From: Adineta vaga
Taxonomy: Eukaryota; Animalia; Rotifera
Direction of reading: 5' to 3'
Assembly (NCBI GenBank): GCA_021613535.1
Contig: CP075495.1
Coordinates: forward strand, 2,604,001-2,668,000
DNA: 64,000 nt
The position numbers and the translations under genes are program-made. The notes beneath the pieces are model-generated. The model did no database searches, had not been told where the DNA came from, and was given only the letters and a program-made list of their open reading frames with translations. Below, one piece after another: positions 55,253 to 64,000 of the stretch (position 1 is the stretch's first letter; each line of letters starts with the position of its first letter).

Positions 55253-55830
55253 ATGGAAATGAAATCGCCCTGACTGAGATAAGGTCAATAACAAACGCAC
55301 ACAGTATATGTCGATTGATGTATAAGTAAATACAAGCTGGGCCATTCTTCTTCCACGTTGACGGTGCGTGATCAGAACGTGTAAGAAGGAAGAAAAACAA
55401 AGAACTGTTTTGTCAGACGTTTCTTTAGATTAACATGACGACGTACGTATGTTATGTTTCTTCTAATTCTCTCCCTAAGTAACTGATCCTTTTTCGCACT
55501 TATGTAACAAAAGTGTATGTAAACAATCGCTCAGTACATGTTCTTACCGTTATAGTAAATATGTACAATTTAATTAATAAATACATAAAGAAAAAACAAA
55601 GAAATTCGTTTGTTTTTCTCTGTTTAAATTATCTAAAAATGGAGATAAAATTTTGTCGTTTCTTAAGAAAACAAAGAATAAGAGACTTAGTTTTAACTAT
55701 AACGAATGATCATCAACAAGCCCAAAAACAACAACAGATAAATCTAGTTATACAATAAACAAAAAAAAGAAGAGAGAATAACAGAAAACAAAATGACCAT
55801 TTCAATAAGCAATCATTCGTCTATATGTAT

Positions 55831-56186
55831 TCAAACAAAGATGCCAACCCAAAGTAAAAGAAATAAACCACCATAACCAAGAAAGATTGATGCCACACTA
55901 AAAAACAAAATAGAAAATGATTTCTTTATTAGTCTATGTGATAATATTTACAGTGCAATAACAAGTTCTTTTTTCCAATCACGAGTATATTTCGTACTAG
56001 TAACTTCGTAGACAAAAAACCATGACATTAAAAATAATCCAATGCCTAGAAAAAGGTTTTTGTTCAATCAAATATTATTGTAGTTCATTGAAACTTACCT
56101 AATAAGACAATACTAAGTGTTGGATATGCCGATGGATTGACTGGACTAACATATCGGCTCATTTGATCAACATTTAATCGTACCAT
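55831..56186 (-). CDS. TMEM258: TMEM258 / OST5 oligosaccharyltransferase subunit, 3 exons
   Basis: [71 protein letters not shown]. Confidence 0.95.
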
Positions 56187-56394
56187 TTTTCTATATTCTA
56201 ATTTCTTTTCAAAAAAAATTGTTAATCTTAAAAATAAAACACAATCTAATATGTCATTGTCATTAAATCTTGTTCTTTTCATTTATTTCTCTTCTACATT
56301 CTACAGGACGAAAGACAGATAATAATAAAATAGGTTTCTAAAAGTGAATTAAAATGAAAAGAAAGTCCTTTGTTTTCTTGCTATCTTATTCTTT

Positions 56395-57690
56395 TCATTT
56401 CGATTTTGCTAAGTATTGTTTGGCGAAATTCAAACCACTTTGAATATTTCCATTTAATTCTTTTTTGCCTTTTTCCATTAATTTATTTTCAAAATCACTT
56501 AATTTACCCATACCCATACTCTTCTCAACACCGTTACGCTACAAAAGAAAGAAAATCAATTCGTAAAAATCAAATCAAATTCATGTATGACATACGCCAA
56601 AGAGAAGTGGAGTAGCAAAGTGACTAAATTCACCATCATGTGTTGCAATATAACCACATTCAACAACACCTTGTTTGCCATTCAATGCTTCGAGAACAGA
56701 AAATGAAAATCGAGCACCAGCATGTGCCATTGATAGAGTTGCACTACCAGCGCCAGCTTTAGCTTCGACAACTTCTGTTCCAGCATTTTGAATACGAGTT
56801 GATAAACTTTCTAATTCTTGTTGAGAGAATGACACCGGTGGTGATACTTGAGAAAGTAATGGAATAATGGTATTTCCTGAATGGCCACCAATTACTGGAA
56901 CATTGACTTTTGTTGGATCAAGACCCTAAAGAAGAGCATAGAAAAGGTTTCAATGTTATATGAAGACAAACTTTTACAAGACAAAAAAAAACGGTTCATA
57001 CTTTGGCTTCAGCGATGAATGTTGCAGCACGAACAACATCTAATGTTGTAACACCAATAACTTTCTTTTCATCATAAACATTATGTGCTTTTAAAATTTC
57101 AGCAGCAATAACAACAGTTGAATTAACTGGATTAGCGATAATAGCAATAATTGCACGTGGACAATTTTTAGCACAAGCCGAAACAAGATCCGCAACAATA
57201 GTTGCATTTGTATTGAATAAATCATCACGTGTCATACCTATATGAAAAATAAACATTCAATTTTTTATCAATCAATTTCCTACCAGGTTTTCGTGGTACA
57301 CCAGCAGGAATAACAACGAGATCCATTCCTTTCAATGCATTTCCTAATTCTTCTTTACCAACATGAGCCTTGACCTTTGCACGTGTCTCAATATGACTGA
57401 GATCGGCACCAACACCTTTTGTATGTTGAATATCATAAAGTGATAAATCACTAATCAATGGACTTAATTTTAATAATAATGAAAGTGGTTGACCAATACC
57501 ACCACTAGCACCTAAGACAGCGACTTTTCTCTATTGAAATGAAAACAGAAACAATAATCTCAATCAAAGATAGAATAGAATCGTGTTGACATACGCCCGT
57601 TGATGAAGCATTCGATGACGAAGCATATCGAGTAAGATTGGGGCTAATTCTTGAAATAAGAGAACCTAGTAAAATTGGTGTTTTATTCAT
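56395..57690 (-). CDS. MDH2: Mitochondrial malate dehydrogenase
   Basis: Presequence, [74 protein letters not shown]. Confidence 0.97.
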
Positions 57691-57828
57691 TTTTGTTTGT
57701 TTGTTTGTTACAGTTGGTTGAAGGAAGTTCTGAAAGAAAGAAAAACCAAATAATATTTTGTTATTTCTAAATAAAAGTTCTTCCACATAATGATTGATTA
57801 TTTTTGTTTTGTTTATTTATATCTATGA

Positions 57829-58050
57829 GTTGGCTTTTTTATTTCAACCAATCAGTAATGGCGCCACATGCAATGTATAAAAAAGAAAGTTTTCAAAAAA
57901 ACATTTATCAAATTAACAATAAATGAATAATTTTCATGATTATTTCCAAAAAGAAATCAATTTATTGGCTATGAGCATTTCTATTAAAGGTTTGATAATT
58001 AGTTTTCATAGGTCTATTTACATCGGTCAAACGCGCTGAACTATGATTGG
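57829..58050. promoter_or_regulatory. Bidirectional MDH2/PDIA6 promoter with CCAAT boxes and a YY1-like AATGGCG
   Basis: CCAAT at ~57848, ATTGG at ~57965 and ~58046, AATGGCGCC at ~57857, between head-to-head ATGs ~510 bp apart. Confidence 0.45.
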
Positions 58051-58198
58051 AAAAAGAATGATAGATGACAACAGAGATCGTGGAACTAAAATGTTGGTTG
58101 TTCAAAGATTTTTGCTAGATAGATTGCACAGTGAGTTTTCTTTCTCTCATTCATTTCTATATTTTTTATTACTATTAACATTATAGATCAACTCAACT

Positions 58199-60225
58199 AT
58201 GTATTCATCTCTATTGTTACTCATTCTTGGTCTGATTATTTCAACAAATGGATTTTATAGTTCAAATGATGATGTTATTGATTTGAATCCATCGAATTTT
58301 GATCGTTTAGTAACACAAAGTTCTGATTTATGGTTTATTGAATATTATGCATCATGGTGTGGACGTATGTATCAATGAGTCAATAAAATTTAACCTTGAC
58401 ATTTATTTATTGTTTTTATCTTATCATTTAGATTGTCGAAACTTAGCACCCGAATGGAAACGTGTTGCAACAGCGTTAAAAGGTATTGTTAAAGTTGGTG
58501 CAATCGATGCTGATACACACAAATCGCTTGGTCAACAATATGGAATCTCAGGTTTTCCAACAATTAAAATTTTTGGAAATAATAAACGATCACCAAGTGA
58601 TTATCAAGGTGGACGTACAGCAGATGCTATCGTTGAACAAGCTCTTAATCAATTAAGAACAATTGCTAATGAACGTTTGGGTAAACGTGGTGGAGGTACA
58701 GCAGTGGAAGTAGTAGTAGTGGTGGTGGTGGTAGTGGTAGTGATGGCAAAGATACAATTGAATTGACCGAAAGCAATTTCGATGTAAATTTTCTATCAAT
58801 TAATTTATCTAATATGTTTTCTCTCTTTTCTTTACTTACAGTCAACAGTTATCGATTCGGAAGACGTATGGCTTGTTGAATTTAGTAAGTTATTTTTTGA
58901 CAATTCATTTAGTTTCTATTAAAAAAAACAACCAAAGTTTATCAGCATAACATATCTCTATTTCGTACAGCGACGAAGTAAACTGTATAATTCATTTTTT
59001 TTTCGTTGAATGATGATTATCATATCAAGTTCGAAATATATACCTTGAGTTCAGGTACAGGCCATGATTGTACTATCAGTGCGTGAATAATTAGGTACAT
59101 TCGATCGATCTGACATACTATATTAAATGCCTATTAGAGAAATGGATGGGGTGTAAATTTTTCAGTTTTATGTCCTTCAATAGAATTCATCGGAAGCTAT
59201 ACGCAGCTTTCAGAACATTCACTTCTTTTGTTTTCGTTGAGAAGCTCATTGATCGGGTGATTTAATCAAAGCATTAATGTTTTCTTTTCTTTTTGTTTTT
59301 AGTGGCTCCATGGTGTGGTCGTAAGTATCTATTATAGGTAGTTTTTGTTAGACTTCATATATATATATGTGTATGTGTGTGATAGATTGTAAGAAATTGA
59401 CACCTGAATGGGCTCGTGCTGCAACAGAATTGAAAGGTAAAGTGAAATTAGGTGTCGTTGATGCAACTGTTCATACACAATTGGCTCAACGATATGGAGT
59501 ACAAGGTTTTCCAACAATTAAATTCTTTCCCGGTGGTAGAAAAGATGGTCAAGCAGAAGATTATGATGGTGGACGAACATCAAATGTATGTTACTAGTTA
59601 TCTTTCGAAAAATTACAATAATCATCGTTTTTCTTTTATTCTATAGGATATTGTGGCATGGGCATTGGATAAAGCTCAAGCTAATGTTCCCGCTCCGGAT
59701 GTTCTCGAAATTACTAGTCAAAATGTTTTGGATGATAATTGTGCTGAAAAACAATTATGTATCATTTCATTTCTCCCAAATATTCTCGATTGTCAATCAG
59801 CTTGTCGTAATCAACAGATTACAATATTAAAAAAGTTTGCTGATGATTACAAACGTAATGGATGGGGTTGGTTATGGGTCGAAGGAACACGTCAATTGAA
59901 ATTAGAAGAAAGTGTTGGTATTGGTGGCTTTGGTTATCCAGCACAAGTAGCAATCAATGCACGTAAAGGAAAATATGTAGTCTTAAAAGGTTCATTTAGT
60001 CAAACAGGTATTGGTGCATTCTTAAAAGAATTATCTGCTGGTCGATTATCAAGTCCACTTGTACCATTGTCGGGCGTTGACGATGGTAAACTACCGACTA
60101 TTGTTGAGAGTGAACCATGGGATGGTAAGGATGGTAAATTGGATATCGTCGAAGATATCGATTTGAGTGATATTAATTTGGATGATGATAATGAAAGTGA
60201 TACGAAAAAAAAAGTTGATTTATAA
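58199..60225 (+). CDS. PDIA6: Protein disulfide-isomerase A6 (P5), with an apparent 1-nt frameshift near 58698
   Basis: Signal peptide, two thioredoxin domains (YASWCGHC, MAPWCGHC), b domain [35 protein letters not shown], acidic tail ending KVDL. Confidence 0.95.
59010..59113 (+). ncRNA. Candidate intronic box C/D snoRNA
   Basis: Box C ATGATGA at 59010-59016, possible D' TTGA and C' ATGATTG, box D CTGA at 59110-59113, inside a 418-nt intron. The terminal stem is weak and no target was identified. Confidence 0.35.
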
Positions 60226-62468
60226 ATCGTAGAGATTGAACAAAGAAACAAAGAAACCAACAGATAATTGAATGCAAGTGATATTCTCTCTGTGCTTATT
60301 TCATCAGTATTGCTTCGTTTTGATTTTTGTTTTATTATATAGATGTCTGTGAGTATGCTTAACAATCATTGTTTTATCGCTTATTTATTCCATTCAGGTT
60401 AATAAAAAGAAACAATCCGATACTATGAGATTGATGTTTTTATATCTTTTTTTTCGTATGTATGATTTATTAGAGACGATAAGATTTAATATAATTTCAT
60501 TTTCGAATAATCATTCTACATACATGTCTGCTCCTCTTTCTTTCTTTCTATTTCAAAACTTTATTCTATTGACACGAACATCGAGTGTACTTTGCTCCAT
60601 CATGTGTTCTTTTCTCTTTCTTTCTTCATCTTCTTGTTTGAAAAATGATGTACTCTTTTTTATTCTCTGTTCGCTATCGTTCGCGAGTCGATAAATCAGA
60701 CAGTCTCCTATTCTTATTCATTTCTCGATAGTGAGTATTGCTTTTTGTCGTTCTTTTGTATGAATAGAAATTCTTTTGAACGTATGCTAATCATAAGTAC
60801 GAATTACAATTACTTCGATCATTCAGTTCTTTATTATTGCATAGAAGTCTTTTTTTTTCAATCGAACAAAACGTTCAAATACAACAGGTTCCTTTATTAG
60901 CGTTGGCACATCACTATACGTCAAATAAGTATAGTTTAATAACGCCTATTTTTGTTTCTTTTCCATCCTTAGTAATAATGACGTAATTATTTTTTCTTGA
61001 ATAGAACATAAAAAAATATAGAGGAAAGCAAGAATATTATGATACAAGTATGACAAGATAAAGCACGTGAGTGTCTTGTTAACTTAGTATCATTGCACTT
61101 AGTGTTTTTTTCTTCTCTTCTAATCAATCTATGATAAGGATGAGTGTCAGATTTTATTCATTTGATGATTGATATTTAAATAATTAATTGAAAATAGTCA
61201 ATTATTCCTTTTTATTTTCAGATCTGTTTATATTCAAACATTTGTGCACATTGAAAATCATACGGTGTGAATTGCATTATCTAGTCGATCATTAAACCTT
61301 CGGGTTAGTATCTTTTGATTATCTTTTCTCTCTCTCTCTCCTATGTTCAAAGTTGTAAAAGATACTCATGTTTCGATCAATTGTCATAGATAGAACATAA
61401 TGATGTTGTTCATTGTCTTCTATCATCTACAGCTGTTTCCAATGATTGTTCACACGATGAGCTGATATGTATAAACATGCAATTTGAAAGAATCTATCAG
61501 TGATCCATGTTTATTTACATATCACTCTTTCTTTCTCCCTATCACATTCGTTTGCCACCATGTAAAATCATAACATAGAAGTGTGTGTTTGCATTTATTA
61601 ACAAGTGGTCGTACTGTGAAGAGAAAAAAAAACTCGATTTTATTGGTAGTCTATGTACGGTACATTTGAGACATCAATAATATCTCAACTCTCACAACTC
61701 AATGCTCTCATTCACACCTTTATAAAATGATCTGATTTATGAGATAGTTAAAGTTCGAGGTGAGGAGAGGATAATATTAAAATCGATATTTATATATATA
61801 TATATAAAACTTGTGAATTGTTTTCTATTAGTGAAGCAATGCATCAATGATTCGTACAAGTCACGGTTTTCTTCTTTTTAATCAATGATACTCCTATGTT
61901 CTCAGGTGTACTATACGTGCGCCGATGAAAACGATTGATCTGTAGTTCTGTTTTCTTCAATAATATTCTTTTCTATATATGAGAATTTTGCTTGACCCAT
62001 AACCATTTTTTTTCTCACAATGACTAGACCAGTTAGAAATTATGTTTTGATTATTGCTTACAAATATATAGACATCGAATTGACCCGCGAGCGAAAAGTG
62101 TGAGAGAGGCAGAGGGAGAGAAGAAGCGAAAGAGAAATTTTTTTTTGGTACACAACGATATGTAATGCTGCTGGTGCACTTTACACAGTTTATAATCAAG
62201 CGAAAAGAACGAAAAAACGAAGTGAAGGAGAGAAAGAAATTCTAAGTGCCTCTTTTTTGTCCGTGTGATCAAACATACGAAGTTAATAGTTAGTGTATGC
62301 TGGTAAATATATTCAAAAAAAAAACAAAAGTCTATTTCATTTCTTTAGGTAATCAATTACCGATGTCCAAAGTTCTTTCAAGGTTTGTATTTACATTTCA
62401 TAACTAAATATAATACAATTCTTTTTTTTCTTTTACTTTTTCACATGTTAGATAAATTTATAACAATC

Positions 62469-63688
62469 ATGCAGTCATTATCTGTCTATGCTCGACTATT
62501 TGCACGTGCTATTAGTGGTACTGAAGCTGAAAATATTCTCTTCAATAGTTTAATACGTTTATCATCATCTTCTTCTGTTCATATAACACCCTCATCTCAT
62601 CGTCTTGCTATAACATATCCATCATCAGCAATAAGACGTGCTGTACATCTAATCACTGCATCGTCGGGTTATTCTAATCATGATAATGATGAAAATGAAA
62701 GTCGAATGAAAACAAGACAAACAAATTATTCCAGTGAACAACGAACCAATGTTTATGGTGATGATGCTTTTTTCATCACTAAACATCGTCTTGGAGATTT
62801 CCTTGGTATGTAAAACTTCATTTGGTTTCTTTTATGAACATCAACAATGACGTTAATATTCTTTGTGAATATAGGTGTAGCAGATGGTGTGGGTGGTTGG
62901 CGTGAACATGGAATCGATCCATCTTTATTCTCCAGTTCACTTATGGATGCATGTAAATCATTGATTGATAATAAACTTTTGGATTTAAATCCTATGACAC
63001 TGAAAGAATTACTATCGAAAGGTTACAAACAACTATTAGAAGATAAGCAATGTATTATTGGTAATAGAAATTGTTCATTGATGAAAATGATTTAATCGTG
63101 AAATTGAATTTTCTATGTTTTTTTTAGGAAGCAGTACGGCGTGTATTGTTGCATTACATAATGAAAAACGAATTTTACATACAGCTAACTTAGGAGATAG
63201 TGGCTTTGTTGTGATTCGAAAAAATCTTATTGTTCATCGTTCTCAAGAACAACAACATTATTTCAATTCTCCATTTCAATTAGCTATTCATCCAACAATC
63301 AAAGATCCTCGTTTGATTGCTGATAGGTAAGAATGATATTCATATATTCTAATGAAATTCTTTCGTTTTAAAATCTCCTCTCAGAAAATGATTATTCATT
63401 GGTAAATATGAACATTTGTAAAGAAAAATCTTTCATTTTATTTTGCATTTTCAAAAGTAAAAAGAAGAGCGATTCTGTTTTTCGTTTATTTTTATTGCTA
63501 AAAAAAGAACTAAAGAAAAAAATGAATCCATATAATTCTGTTTTATTTTTTTTTTCTTCTTCAGTCCGGATTTCGCTTCAGTTACTTCATTTAATGTCGA
63601 AGAAAATGATATTATTGTTATTGCCACCGATGGTCTATGGGATAATTTACCTGATATTACCATAGTTGAAGAAATTAAAAAAATTACA
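62469..63688 (+). CDS. PPTC7: Mitochondrial PP2C phosphatase PTC7, 5' part; the last exon(s) lie beyond the window
   Basis: [80 protein letters not shown]. The donor at 63689 has no acceptor partner in view. Confidence 0.95.
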
Positions 63689-63706
63689 GTAAGTGTCTGT
63701 TTTTTT

Positions 63707-64000
63707 TCAAATATGAATGATTGTGTCAGGAGATTTGATTTGTTTCGTGCCAGTTTTACGTTGAGAAGACATTTCAATTAGTGATAAACGATCTTGTTCA
63801 TAATCATTATCATTGAAAATACTTGATGAACCATTATCATAATCAGAACTTGTATCAACACTTCGATTTCGTCGCAGTTTATATGAATGTGAGATCTACA
63901 CATAGAAAAAGAAAACAATCACAACGATAAAATGAGAAAATCGAATTGAATACCATCTTTTGGTTCGGAATAGGCTTTTGATGATGATTCAGCATCAATA
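63707..64000 (-). CDS. Last two exons of an unidentified gene nested antisense in a PPTC7 intron
   Basis: Exon ..LMLNHHQKPIPNQKM|gt (ends 63954), a 58-nt GT-AG intron, then exon 63895-63707 open for 62 codons: ISHSYKLRRNRSVDTSSDYD...SPDTIIHI*. Confidence 0.65.

Noticed and set aside
57848-57868. ERSE-like CCAAT...CCAC upstream of PDIA6
   Set aside because: The spacer is 11 nt rather than 9, and it ends CCACA rather than CCACG.
1-64000. CRISPR arrays, tRNA/rRNA genes, transposase or reverse-transcriptase ORFs, alternative genetic code
   Set aside because: None seen. Conserved genes translate cleanly with the standard code and use all three stop codons.

Overview
This is AT-rich (roughly 30% GC by eye) eukaryotic, metazoan genomic DNA. 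It is gene-dense, uses the standard code and has many ~50-65 nt GT-AG introns. Intron size, gene content and lineage-type families (F-box/LRR-like, B-box-like/coiled-coil, type II membrane protein) suggest a bdelloid rotifer; this is inference only. About 24 spliced protein-coding genes are recognisable: AKT, hyccin/FAM126, an aminergic (octopamine-beta-like) GPCR, F-box, RPA1, BTB-BACK-Kelch, RNF103, SDR16C, a CBM35-like membrane protein, PICK1, NUP35, cathepsin L, ZPR1, GNL3, CIAO1, sarcoglycan, ULK/Atg1, TMEM258, MDH2, PDIA6, PPTC7 and a few orphans. The best finding is a complete, structurally intact 164-nt U1 snRNA gene (24066-24229, minus) whose splice-site-pairing 5' end reads AUACUUACUUU instead of the canonical AUACUUACCUG. 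It is complementary to AAA|GUAAGUAU donors, and AAA|GT donors recur in this window. Other findings: operon-like gene spacing with acceptors directly at the ATG (possible SL trans-splicing), an SDR lacking its catalytic Tyr, a microbial-type CBM35 domain fused to a host membrane protein, an antisense gene nested in a PPTC7 intron, and candidate intronic snoRNAs plus a frameshift in PDIA6. Gene spans include introns, and exon boundaries were read by hand.
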